Positions 26,701 to 40,008 of a stretch of DNA of 64,000 nt are shown one piece after another. Under the pieces are notes generated by a model. That model was not told where the DNA came from, made no database searches, and worked only from the letters and a program-made list of their open reading frames with translations. This DNA comes from Cystobasidiomycetes sp. EMM_F5. Its lineage: Eukaryota. Numbering within the stretch: position 1 is the first letter of the stretch; every line of letters starts with the position of its first letter. Location of the stretch: the NCBI GenBank assembly GCA_051047955.1, contig JBPGPT010000017.1, positions 186,001 through 250,000 on the forward strand, written 5' to 3'. Position numbers and translations under genes: made by a program.

Positions 26701-29700
26701 AGTCAGCAACCATCTCACAATGCCTCGAGCTCAGCGTTACATGATGGTCTGGAATCACCGGCAACAGGCAGATTGAGCGAAGACGACGCAGAGAAATCTT
26801 TCGACACATCCGATATTCGCACCACGTCAAATGGGTTTGGCGATGGCAGCAACACGGCAGACGATCCGGCGAGGTTCGAGAACAGCAAACACCGCAAAAC
26901 TACCCTGCTTGAGGGTATCAAGAAATTCAACTTCAAGCCTAAGAGGGTGCGTCGTTCATTATCTTCTATCTTACTTAGCAGCGAGACTGACCGGTTTTAT
27001 ACATCAATAGGGTATTACCTTTCTGCTCGAGACTGGCTTCATTCGGAGCCGAACGCCTCGTGACATTGCAGCCTTCCTTCTTCACGCGGACGGATTGAGC
27101 AAGTCAATGATTGGCGAATATCTCGGTGAAGGGTGAGAGCCGCTCTGACCGGTAATGCTAGTCGACTCTTACTCTTTGGTCATGTAGCGACCCGGACAGC
27201 ATTGCCACCATGCACGCGTTTGTGGACATGATGGATTTCACGAACATGAAGTTTGTCGATGCACTTCGCATATTCCTACAATCATTTCGACTCCCAGGGG
27301 AGGCTCAGAAAATCGATCGCTTCATGCTCAAGTTCGCTGAACGTTTCATTGCGGGCAACCCTTCGGTATTTGCGAATGCTGGTAAGGGGCTTGTATCAGC
27401 ACCGTCAGAGTCTGCTCATATGTTCTCTGTTCGCAGATCCCGCATACATATTGGCATTTTCCACCATAATGCTCAACACGGACGCGCATTCGCCGCAAAT
27501 CAAAAGAGGCCGCATGACAAAAGCGGAGTTCATCAAGAATAATCGTGGCATCAACAATGGCCAGGATCTCCCGGAAGACTTTTTAGGGGCTATCTATGAC
27601 GAGATACAAACTAATGAAATCCGTATGAAGGATGAAGTCGAAACCTCGGCAGGCGCCCCTGTCCCTGCATCTGGACTAGCCACCGCTTTGTCGACCGTTG
27701 GGCGTGATCTACAGCGAGAGGCCTACCTAGTACAATCTGAGGGTATGGTCAGCAAGACCGAAGCTCTGTTTCGCACGATGGTGAAATCGCAACGGAAAGA
27801 TGCAAAAGCGCAAAGGGCGGGCGACGTCTTCTTCAGCGCCTCCCACGTTGAGCATGTCCGACCGATGTTTGAGGTAGTGTGGACACCTGTTCTAGCAGGC
27901 ATTTCGGCGCCGTGGCAAGAATCCGATGATCAGCTTGTGGTCGATAAAAGCTTGGACGGATTCAAGCAAGCTATCAAAATCGTCTGCCTCTTTGATCTGG
28001 ATCTGGAGCGAAATGCGTTTGTTACGACTTTGGCAAAATTCACGTCATTGACAGATTTTGCTGCCATGAAGCCAAAAAATGTGGAAGCTATTCGGTGCTT
28101 AATAGACGTCTCGGCCATCAATGGCAATTACCTCAAGACGTCCTGGCGAGAAGTCATTGTTTGCATAAGTCAGCTCGAACGGTTTCAGCTTATTACTCAA
28201 GGCGTCGACTCTCGCGCTGTGCCGGAGTTGGGTCGCAAGCCGTAAGTCTCGCGAATTTGCTCAAAATCGCTCGCAATGTTGACACAATCCTGTGTAGATC
28301 GCATCGGCAAACCAATGCCTCCAAGAAACAGCTACAACAATCTGGACGACCCACTGATCAGGTTGCGACGGAAGCCACTGCTTCGCACATCACAAATGCT
28401 GCTGATCGCGTATTCTCTTCGAGCAACACCCTGTCAGGCGTGAGTTGAAGAGAATGATGGCTGACATATATGCTACTGACCAATTGTGACAGACTGCAAT
28501 CGTTGATTTTGTTCGAGCGCTCAGCGAGGTCTCATGGGAAGAAATACAGTCCTCTGGTTTGGCAGAACATCCCAGAGTATTCTGCTTGCAGAAGCTTGTG
28601 GAGATCTCGTACTATAACATGAACCGTATCAGACTGGAATGGTCGCAGATGTGGGCCATCCTAGGCGAACACTTCAATCAGGTCAGTATCTGTGGCCCAA
28701 TTTGAGCACCTGAGTCACTAACTCGGTAGTTTTCCAAGGTGTGCTGTCACACTAATGCTAGCATCACTTTTCTTGCGCTTGATTCGCTGCGACAACTGGC
28801 TATGCGCTTCTTGGAGAAGCAAGAACTCGCCAACTTCAGCTTCCAAAAAGACTTTCTCAAGCCCTTCGAATTCGCAATGGTTCACAATAATAACCCTGAC
28901 AGCCGCGATATGATTTTGCAATGTATGCAGCAAATGCTTCAAGCCCGTGTGAACAATCTTCGCTCCGGATGGAGAGCCATGTTTGGGGTCTTCTGTGCGG
29001 CTTCCAGAGTGATTACAGGTGCGTCTCAGCATTCCTCCAGTCTGCAAGATCATTGCGGCTAACCGATTCTTCGTAGAGCGCGTCGCTAATCAAGCCTTCG
29101 ATATCGTTAAGCGGCTCAACAAAGAACACTTCGGCCTTATAGTAACATACGGGTCTTTCGCTGACCTGGCAGTATGCATCACCGACTTCTGCAAAATCAG
29201 TAAATATCAGAAGATCAGCCTGCATGCAATCGAAATGCTGCGCGGCTTGATACCGCAGATGATCCGAGCGCCGGAGTGCCCGATCACTGACAAAGGTCCT
29301 CCTGCGGTCGAAGAGGGCTCTACAGATGATCCGATGACGCGCTTCTGGTTCCCGGTGCTCTTTGGATTCTATGATATAATCATGAACGGTGAAGACCTCG
29401 AAGTACGAAAACGGTAAGCCCAGAACTTTGTGCGATGAACGTTACTGATACGTCCTCTCAGTGCATTGGACTACCTCTTCGAGACTCTGAAGACGTACGG
29501 CCATACCTTCCCAGCCGAATTCTGGGATTCCGTCTGCAAAGAAGTCCTCTTTCCCATTTTCTCCGTTCTCCGGTCGCGGTCAGACGTATCTCGTTTCAGC
29601 ACGCACGAGGATATGAGTGTCTGGCTCTCCACAACGATGATCCAGGCTCTCCGCGATCTCGTTGATCTCTTCACCTACTATTTTGATACGCTTGATCGAA

Positions 29701-30915
29701 TGCTCGCTCAATTATTGGACTTGCTTGTGGAGTGCATTTGTCAAGGTGCGTTACACGGTAAAATAGTTTCATCTCACGACGTATACTGACTTGTCGGATC
29801 CGGTCAAGCAGAGAACGATACGCTGGCTCGGATTGGAACATCTTGTTTACAACAGCTTCTTGAGAAGAATGTGAAGAAATTGACACCTCGGCTCTGGGAA
29901 CAAATTGTGTCAACTTTCGTCCAGCTTTTCCAGACTACCACGGCCGGTCAACTCTTTGATGAGAATCTGCGCATGCCGCTTGAGACCGATCTCGCCGATT
30001 CACCTAGTAGCGCGCCTTCTGGTGTGCAAGGTTTTGCTAATACCACATCGCTCAGAAGCCCCGAGGACGCAGCAAGATCGACACGCCTTCTCACGCAGTC
30101 CGAACGCCGACGCATCTTCCGCCAGATTATCGTAAAGTGCGTATTACAGCTGCTGCTCATTGAGACCGCCCACGACCTGCTGCAAAACGAGGAAGTTTAC
30201 TCCACCATACCGCCTGCTGATTTGCTCCGTCTCATGGCTGAGCTTGATCAATCATACCGATTTGCCAAGCGCTTCAACGCGGATAAAGACTTGCGCATGG
30301 CTTTGTGGAAAGTCGGCTTTATGAAGCAGTTGCCGAACCTGCTTAAGCAAGAAAGTAGTTCGGCTGCGACGCTTGTTAGCGTGCTGTTACGCATGTACAG
30401 TGACGCCCGACCCGACCACGTCGCTAAGCGTACCGAAACCCTCCAAGCGTTTTTGCCGTGAGTCTGAAGCAACATCAATCAAAACACCAGGCTAAATCTG
30501 CCTCCGCAGACTCGGCGTCGACATTCTTGAGGGCTACATTTCGTTGGATCCGGACGCACAGGCGAGAAACATAACCGCGTGGACTCCTGTCGTTGCCGAG
30601 GTGCTGCAAGGGATGTGCGCCTGGGATGACACAACTATGCGGGAACAAGCGGGCGTAATCTACCCGCTCGCAGTAGACCTCCTCGCGAGGGAAATGACGG
30701 GCGAGATTCGCGAGAGTGTGCGGGGTGGTATGTCTTACCTTGTTTCAGGTGTTCACATGCCACACACTAACTCAGTTACATGTCTAGTCTTCCACCGTAT
30801 TGGTCTTGTATTGAGCATATTCCAACTTGACGCTGTTTCCCTCGCGGACAGCGAAACTTTGGCGGAGCCCGCATCCCTCTCCGCCGAAGAGTCTGCGCAA
30901 CCTACCACTGAGTAA
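23749..30915 (+). CDS. SEC7: Large Arf-GEF Sec7/BIG (DCB-HUS-Sec7-HDS), multi-exon
   Basis: [30 protein letters not shown], Sec7 catalytic [58 protein letters not shown]. Confidence 0.95.
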
Positions 30916-31070
30916 GGACCGACACAGTAAACGATGTGTGTATAAAGAGGTGCAGTTTGCAGTCATCATAGATATCAATCTGGCTTTACACTGTTGTGAC
31001 GAATGTAACGTTGGATGTTGCCGGATTACCGAAACAAGTCTGACTTGCCGGCCTACTCACTGCCTGCAAG

Positions 31071-33246
31071 ATGCTCGACCATCTGTCTATAAGCACGCCC
31101 TCTGGTCTCGTTCTGTGGTCAAAATCCTATGCTGCGGCCGTCGGCGTGAATGCGGCCACCGCGCCCATCAACTCGCTCGTTCAGGAAGTGCTGCTTAACA
31201 GCGATAGCAGCGCTGTTGCAGCAAATAGATACGACAAGGACTCGCACTCTCTCATGTGGACACTGGCCAATGACTTTGGGCTGATCTTTATCGTCGTTTG
31301 GCCACGCATTCTGCACCTTACGTATCTGGAAAAGCTCCTGGATGCAATGAGGACGCTTTTCTGTAAAATGTATGGGGACACTGTGCGTGCTATCGTCAAC
31401 GGAGAGCGCAGAGACATCTACAATTGGCCTGCGCTTTGGGAAGGATGGGACGGTATTGTGTCTCGCCTCGTGAAATCGTTGGAAGACGAGGCAGCCAAGT
31501 CCAACAAAGGTCGCATGCGGTTGCAGCCGACTATAAGCAGCGATGTCAGTGGGCCCGTCACGCCATGTGATTCGGACGCAGATGGTCCGACCACTCCAAC
31601 ACTCTCGCCGACTAGAGGGGTTGTGACCGATGCCGAAACAATAGCTAGAAACATTGCTGCTTTGAAAGCACGCAACAAGGCGAAGATGTCTCCAGCAGGA
31701 AGGGTCGTCAGCGGCAGGAAGAAGGGCAGGATCAGTTCCGCTAGCGAAGCATCAGAGTACGTGTAGCTATTTCAAAAACAAGCTGCCTTGGCGAGATCTC
31801 ATATTTTCCCTTTCATTTACGATTGGTGAAGCTCAGAAGTGACACCCAAGAAATCGAGTACTCCAAGCAAAGCCGCAAGGAAATGGGATGACTCTGGCAA
31901 GGTCTCCCGAGCTGACATGGCAGATCTGGATTTCTCCGCCGACGCTCCGGATAGCGCAGATGAGCCAGCAGCAGAAAGTCTGGTAGATGCGCTATCGCTT
32001 GGAAAACGCAGCCAGGATGGATTGTACGAAGTGGCAGACTATCAGGACAAGCGAGCTTCCGACGTTGACGACAGTGACGATATCTTGGCCTCACTAGCTG
32101 CAACTAAGCTCTCAACTAGTACCGCTGTGTCTGGCACAAATGCAAACAAGTCTCGGTTTTCAAGCTTTCTCTCCAAGCTTAGTACCTCGGCGGGTCTTTC
32201 GTCCAAAATTATCACGAGCGAAGATTTACAGCCCGTGCTAGCGGCCATGCGCACGCATCTCATGGACAAGAATGTCGCGGCTGATATAGCAGACAAGATA
32301 TGCGATTCCGTTGGGCAAAGCATCGAAGGCAAGAAGACATCGGGTTTCGGTGACGGAGGGGTGCAAGCAGAAGTCCGGCGTGCACTGGAGAGCAGTCTCA
32401 CTCGTATCCTGACCAGTAAAACATCTACCGACGTCCTCCTTGACATAACCCGCAAACGTCAGGTCGGCGTCAAAAATCAAGCTTCCCAAAAAGCCGATCC
32501 GTACACAATCACTTTCGTTGGAGTGAATGGCGTAGGCAAATCAACGAATCTATCGAAAGTCGCATTTTGGCTGCTACAGAATCGGATGCGCGTGCTGATT
32601 GCCGCTTGCGACACCTTCCGATCCGGTGCCGTCGAGCAGTTGCGCACTCATGTCCGAAACCTAAGCAAATTGCGCGTACTCGGCGACGACTCTCACATTG
32701 ACAGCGCCGAAGCTGTAGCTGGCAGAGTCGAACTCTACGAGCGTGGGTATGGCAAAGATGCTGCCGGCATAGCCAAGGACGCCATCGCGTATGGTGAGTG
32801 TACCCGCACTGCAGGAAAAGAGTGATGCTCACCGTTTCTTGTTTTCAGCCAAAGACAACGGCTTCGATGTCGTGCTCGTAGACACTGCAGGTCGAATGCA
32901 GGACAATGAGCCGCTGATGCGCGCATTAGCAAAGTTGGTTTCTGTCAACAATCCCGACAAGATCTTTTTCGTCGGCGAAGCTGTCGTCGGCAACGAAGCT
33001 GTGGATCAGCTTACAAAGTTCAATCGCTCTCTTAAAGACTTTTCTGGAGTCAGCAGCGTCCGCGCTCGCGGCATTGATGGCATGATTCTCACAAAGATGG
33101 ATATCATTGATGACAAAGTGGGAGCTGCTTTGAGCATGACCTACGTCACAGGTCAACCTATCGTATTCATCGGCACAGGCCAAACCTACACGGACCTGAA
33201 GGCCATGAAGGTTGGGCATGTTGTGAACGCACTCATGCGAGCGTAG
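31071..33246 (+). CDS. SRP101: Signal recognition particle receptor alpha subunit, 3 exons
   Basis: N-terminal longin MLDHLSISTPSGLVLWS; GVNGVGKSTNLSK, ACDTFRSGAVEQL, DTAGRMQDNEPLM, TKMDIIDDKVGAALSM, GTGQTYTDL. Confidence 0.95.
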
Positions 33247-33368
33247 GCAGTATAGTACAGTCATTCAGTAGCAGCATCGTCTTTTTGCAGGCCTTTTAGC
33301 AGGTGTCGGCATCAGCGTGCACCCTTTGTACATTGCGGATTGTGCCTTTCTACTTTTATTGACTCGAA

Positions 33369-34268
33369 ATGCTGAAACGCAAAGGTCATTCTGTTCAGCA
33401 TGAGGAAACTGATTTTGCCATGGATGACAACGAAATGATGCGCATTATCAGCAACGCTGGCGTTTTGAAAGACAAAAATGGCCAAAGCGCCGCGTTCGAG
33501 ATGGTCAGGCCTAGCGAGCTGGATGACTTGCACAAGCGATACAGCACCTCCGCTAAGCTTGTGGAGCTCGACGAAGATGATATCGCCGTCGGCGAAGGTC
33601 GTCAACCTGGTGTCTCAGGTCATGCGAATGACGGAATCGACAACGAGGATGTTGCAGTCATTTCGGATTTCGGAGAGGAAATGTTCAGGTTATTGTTGTA
33701 TACCATCGTTTTTGGTACACTGTGGTTGTGCATGTACGTTAAAAGTCCAATAAACGCGTCCGTTCGGCCTACACTGATGCACGCCTCTAAAGGGATATGA
33801 TGGTTCATTCGCAATACAGTCAAGAAATCACATGGGCTGGGCAATGGCAGAGAGCTCTCAACGTTTTGCCTGGTGAGGAATGATGCTTCGGCTTCTGCAC
33901 CATACAGCGCATCATCGCCAACAATCTCCCCTAGGATTGGTCTTCACAATGTACATGACGTCCCATTTCCCCAACAAATACCTAACGCACCTCGTCCTGT
34001 TTGGCTTCTCAACTATCGGTGGTGCACACATGATCCACATTGTCAACAAAGCAACTTACATGGCAGGTAAGGTATGCGTGTCAATTGCGACAGGGCAGTG
34101 ATTGACGACAGGATGACTTCTAATCAAGTTATACGGAAGGCACCGGCGCTCGGCACATTGTGGATATGGTCGGTCGTGCAGATGGACCTGACCACAACTC
34201 TCGCCAGCTTGATCTGCGTTGGTGCTTATGTGAAATACGCCGGACTGAATCTGATCCTAGCGTCATAA
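33369..34268 (+). CDS. Conserved fungal membrane protein of unknown function, multi-exon
   Basis: Spliceable ORF with hydrophobic segments (LLLYTIVFGTLWLCM, IRKAPALGTLWIWSVVQMDL); GT-AG introns keep frame. Confidence 0.65.
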
Positions 34269-34384
34269 TCGGACGCGTAGCGCATTCGCCTTCATCGTCC
34301 TACTCCATAGCACGCACATTCACTGCAGAAGATTCCCAGATATTGAATGGAGCATCTCTAGATGATGTCCGGGCCCGAACTACG

Positions 34385-36118
34385 TTACTCACCCGTATCT
34401 ATGTGAGCCTCTGGAACAACCGTTACACACACGACGTGATGTATAAGTGGTATCTCGTCCGAGCCCTGAATGGACAGGTATCGCTCTCCAGTCGGAACAG
34501 GGTCGGATACGATGAAGGGCACATCTCTTTCTTCAGTATCCGAGCCCTCAAGTCTCGCTCGCACAATGAAACCACTTGGATACCAGATCTGCTCTTGTGT
34601 GAAGATGTCTGTCGACATGTCACACTCTCGGGCAGGAGCGTAGCGCAACTCAAACATAGCAGCAGTGGGATCGAATGACATCTGCTGAATATTTCCAGCC
34701 ACGCGAGGTGCGAAAGGACGGCTCATAAGCTTTTCCATTTCCGGGATGATATTGCCAGTAGTCGGGTCGAAGAGACTACCATCCCAAGCCTCATCGCTGC
34801 GGTCTTGCGAGAAGATTTTATACGACCAGCCAATCCAGCTTTGACGCAAGGCGTCTGCTGCTTCCAAAACGTCTCGCACACGAGCGAGCTTCTCTGATCG
34901 CTTTGCTAGCGTCCCAGGCCACATCTCGAACTCCGTCAAGAGTGTGCCGGCACCAAGTCGCCTTGCGGATGCGAGCTTTGCTTTCATGAATCGGTCTACA
35001 GGCATCCGAGCAGGTGGTTGATAGTAGTGATAGGCTAGGACTGAAGGCCCTGCCATAGTCTGGTGCACAGTTTCTCCGGTTTTGGTGGGCAAATGATGGG
35101 CAAATGGGATTTGAGCAAAGCCACTTGCAGTATCAAGCGTCGGATCGGCAACAAAGATCGGAGTGTGTAAATCTACGGCGCGTATTGCTTTTCCGACAGT
35201 CCCATTCAAGCGGTGTATATTGACACGACCGGCGCGTCCCGGAAGCAATAGCAGTGGATTCTTGTATATATTTCCGAGCCTTGTGGATGCATTCGTTAGG
35301 CATCGTGTGGATGCAGATACCGCGTCTTACCATGGCTCATTGATCAGCTCGTAGCCCAGGATGTACGGTTCGTCTTTGAAGAATGCAGCAACTGTTTGCC
35401 AGTATCTACCAAAGGCATCAAGCAGTCCATCATCGTTGTTGTAGACTGTAATTACAATGTCAATATGCCGGAACCGGGTGAGACCGAGTTAGCTGACCAC
35501 GCACACTTCTGCCAGGCTTGACAACCTGCGTATGTCAGGTAACCGAGATACCACTTCCAAGACTTTGCCTGCTCCGGGTCTGGCAAACTGGATTTCCCAG
35601 TGATGTCAAATGGCCTCCATCTTATAGGCCAGGGAAATCGCATCCATGAAGGAGTCCAGCCGGAACGATAGAACCAGTCAGGCGCGCCATGACCGCAGAG
35701 CTGCCGCTTTGTCCATGTGCACGTTAGCCAGGTTTCCGCCCCCTTAACAGAGGCCACTTTGGCTTACGCATAAAACGTCCTGATGAAACTCAAGGAGCGT
35801 ATAAATAGACCTTGCAGCACACATGCGTACGATACGGCGAATTGTGTGCAAGTACTCCGTGTTGTACTCGCCTCGAACAGGCTCCAAAGCAGCCCAGGAG
35901 ACGTGAAGGCGAATGACATTCATGCCCAGCCGTGCAAGTATGTTTACGTCGGTCTCGCAGAAGCTAGTGTGGACATTGAAACCATCCAGATCAGGATGAT
36001 ACGGCGCCTGTTTGAACACGACATTGATGCCGCGACACAGCATACTGCGGCCTCGGGATCCATCTGGCAGGACCTCGACCAATTGATTAGTTTCGCGGTC
36101 GATGGTACAAGTCAGCAT
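34385..36118 (-). CDS. Glycoside hydrolase family 5, endoglycoceramidase-like, with C-terminal beta domain; 4 exons
   Basis: RGINVVFK, NVIRLHVSWAALEP, FHQDVLCRQLCGHGAPDW, catalytic GYELINEPW, AYHYY, nucleophile LLTEF, WIGWSYK, SRPFAPRVAG. Confidence 0.88.
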
Positions 36119-36417
36119 GTATGAATGTTAGAGTCAGGTCATGTATCGTCAGTCAACAGTGTTGGCATGATTTCCCATTTTGTGTCAATTTCGCCGTTAC
36201 GATTGGCTCCGTTTCGAGGCGGAAGAGCTCGGCGCTAGGCCAGCTTGTCGCAACTCGACCTTCAGCACACCGGAGTTCCTGGTGAGCGGCTTGCGCAAAA
36301 GATCTCAGCAACTGGGAGAGCATACTGGAGCAAGACTGCTGACGTGCAGTCTGTGTCCGCACAAAACTATCGCTTCGCCGCCAACCCGCGATCTCGTTTG
36401 AAAATCGCCAGCAAACC

Positions 36418-37551
36418 ATGTCGCATTCGCTGGGTCAGCTGAGCCGCTACGGTATCAATGCAGCTCAGCGCAGGGCTATCAATGTCGGGCCAACAGTAGC
36501 AGTGTCCGCCCAGGGAGCGCCTGTTGCTAGAATGCTCAATCTCGATGCGCGGGGCAGCGCTCTGGACGAGCACGGTGACCACGATAGCGGAAGCGAGCAC
36601 GGTCCAAGCATGCACCGTGCAGACACCTCCGTACCCAAGTGGTCCGCTCGTATAAACCTCCCAGGCTCGTCCGGAGTCATGACTTCGACCACCCCGGTCA
36701 ACGGTAAGGAAGCGCCAGGCAGTTCCCAGTCTGATGTGGCCGCTCATCTCCTTTGATCCTCATGTAGCTCTTCCTACTGGCGTTTCCAGACGGACGTTCA
36801 CCACCTCGACCCGCAATCTGCAGCAGGGCGCTCCTCACGTCCCGCGATCACCTGTAGAAACCGAAGCTGGTCACCATACCGGCGAGGTGCCAGACTACAC
36901 AAAGTACTACAAGAAGGCAACAGAGGCTGCCAACAAGAGCTTTTCGTATTTTGCAGTCGGCACAATGGGTCTCATCTCAGCCTACGGTGCAAAAGCACTC
37001 GTCTCGGATTTCTTGCAAAACATGTCTGCATCTGCCGATGTTTTGGCTTTGGCAAAGGTTGAAGTCGAGATGGGTGCGATTCCAGAAGGCAAAAATGTCA
37101 TCATCAAGGTGGGTTGCGCGAGATTCTTTGTATGGATGCAAAAACTGATTGTTTCATGATGACATAGTGGCGTGGCAAGCCAGTCTTTATTAGACATCGC
37201 ACAAAGGCTGAAATTGACGAGGCCAACGCTGTCGACGTCAAGTCTTTGAGAGATCCGCAAAAGGATTCTGATCGTACTCAAAAGCGTACGTTTCAATGTA
37301 GTGCTTTGCAAGGCTCAAGCAGCTGACCACTCATGGTTAAATTTGCAGCCGAATGGCTCGTAATGCTTGGCGTATGCACACATCTGGGTTGCGTGCCCAT
37401 TGGAGAAGCCGGTGACTTTGGAGGCTGGTACTGCCCTTGCCACGGTTCGCACTACGATATTTCCGGTCGTGTCCGAAGAGGTCCAGCCCCACTCAATCTC
37501 GAAATTCCCACATACTCATTTGGAGAAGATGATAAGCTTATCATTGGTTAG
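36418..37551 (+). CDS. RIP1: Cytochrome bc1 Rieske iron-sulfur subunit, 4 exons
   Basis: [44 protein letters not shown] and CPCHGSHYD Rieske boxes. Confidence 0.97.
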
Positions 37552-37885
37552 AGTCGAGCATATCACGCGTTACTGGGCACGTAGACACTTCCGGCCGCGG
37601 AAATACTGAGACAGTGTCCTATCTACCGAAGTTGTACAGAATCGGTAAATCAGGCATGAAGCTTTGGAACTTACTTTATGTGCATCTCGCCATGACTGAT
37701 GCGAGCTGATTTGACGATTGAAGCCGAGTTCGTTCTTGAGCTCGTTTGGGCTCGGAAGGTGTCCGATCCGTCCCGTTGCCGAAACAACTTACAGCACAAA
37801 GAAGTGAGTAGGATCCTGCGAAAGATACCGGCGCGCCAGACCTTTACGGTTTTCGCGATCTACTTGAACAGCCTGACCGATCAGC

Positions 37886-39879
37886 ATGCTGTCTAAGCCC
37901 GCACTGAGAAAGCTAAAGCGAACATTCCACACACATGATGAACCGCCTCTCACGCCTGCCAAGCCGCATTTTGTAAACACGAATTCGACCAGAACGAGAG
38001 CTGATAGCATTGGCGAGATTTTCACCGTCTTGATTCCTCTCGTCTATGCAGTCCTATGCCCTTGGACCCGCATGGAGGAGAGGTGGACACTGTACGCCGT
38101 CCACGACATAGTGCATCTCGGTGTAGCAAAAGATGCGCTGGTGAACGTGAGTGCTGCGTGATGCTGATCGCAGGCACGGAAGGCTGACATCCCCAACAAT
38201 TTTAGTATGACCACCTTATATATACAGACTGGCAACCGGTACCTAGGAGTTTTGTTGGTCCTTTATTACTGGCCATACCTACAAAGGTCTTTTTGGCTAT
38301 CGCACATTTCGTAGGCCTGAGATTCTTGGTAGTTGAGCAGTTGATCGGCAAGTCCTGCGTCAACAAGCATTTCGTCTCACTTTTGCTGAAACATCCGTCT
38401 TCCCGCAGTTCGAATGGTTATCTCAATCGTAAATTCGGTTTGTCTAATTATGCTATCCCGTCGCGCGGGCTTGCACTTTGGATTAGACACTTCACGCCGC
38501 CTGGTCATACTGCTTTGTGTCCAATTTCATCTAGCCTTCTGGATGAGTCGGACGATACCGAACATGCTCGTTTTTGGGCCCAGTGAGTCAAGTAGACTTT
38601 GGCTTGAATCTTTATCTCATGGGCTCCCTGCGGGCAAACAGCACAATTGGCTATGGCATGGACGTTTTTCCCATCGAACAACTTTTCGTCAACTTACGCA
38701 GATACTCGAAGAGCAGTCGTCTTGCTCACAGTGTGCACTCTAATCTTTCGCTTGGAATTGATTGGTCTGGCCGGTGCACTGGGTCTTTACATGCTCTGGC
38801 ATAGAAGAATACCTCTTACCGATGCGATCAAAATCGCAAGCGTAACTGCGATTCTATCCATCGGCCTCACTGTCGTAGTTGACAGCTATTTCTGGCGAAC
38901 TTGGATGTGGCCGGAAGCCACTCAATTTGTTTGGAATGTACTCGGACGTAATAGCGAGCAATACGGCGTACGTTCGCAACTTCGCAACCGCCCTTCACGG
39001 GATTGACGTGCATATCGCTTGCAGGTGTCGCCTTGGTACGCATATATTGCTGCACATCTTCCTAAACTCATGGGCCTTGCTTGGCCTTTGATGCTGTATT
39101 CGTGCTATCGATCTACCGAAAGCAGGAGCATGTTCATGCCACTTCTAGCGCACGTATGCGTGATGAGCTGTCTCAAGCACAAAGAATGGCGCTTTTGCGT
39201 CTATGTCTTACCCATGCTCAATATCCTAGGCTTACAAGGGCTGGCTACGATGTGAGGCTGCCCTCACTGTCGTACCCGAGCTTGACTGAGCTTGTTTCCT
39301 CTGCGTAGACGGAAGCGTTCTGTGTTGCTGGCTCGATCGATGTTTGCCGCCATGTGCATCACATCCGTTGCATTTACCATTCTATCACTATTTGTTTCCT
39401 CAAGCAATTATCCCGGGGCCTTCGCCGTGAATCGTATAAATGAGATCCTGCGTAACAACAAGACTGAATTAGGATCAGCTTACGTCCCATCCACGGTATA
39501 CGTCGACTGGTACCCTGCCATTACGGGTCAGCTTACTTCGCATTTCGATCCGGCTCTGGCTCTTTACACGAAAAACCAGATAGCATTTGGGGTAGACGAA
39601 TTTGTCTATCCAGAGAGGTTCGAGTACGTTGTGACGCAACAACCGGAAGAATTTACTCGGAACGGCTACGCGGTCATCGACAGCATCACCGCATGGGGCG
39701 GACTGAAAGTGCAAAAGCATTTCTATAAACCTCTGATGAAGATCCACAGGAGCCGTAGTGAGGTTGTGGCCGATCCGCTGTCCTTCCTGCTGCGCATTCT
39801 CCCAGTTCGGCCCACTTGGAAGGAGATGGTCTGGATCATGCAATGGGAGAAGGCACATTATGCTGCCGTCAAGGGGTAG
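37886..39879 (+). CDS. GT22 Dol-P-Man-dependent mannosyltransferase, Alg12-like, multi-exon
   Basis: CPWTRMEERWTLYAVHD..YDH..PVPRSFVG, FHLAFWMSRTIPNM, IFRLEL, VVVDSYFW..WMWPE, SCLKHKEWRF, SSSNYPGA. Confidence 0.82.
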
Positions 39880-40008
39880 TTCGAGTCACAGAATGACCAG
39901 TGGTAGCTATGTCCATCAGTGTTTATGCCGACAATTAGCACAGATCGCTGTCAAGCCGCTGTTACGGGTGATTCATCGAAGTTGTATGCTACACAATCAA
40001 GTCTTCCG

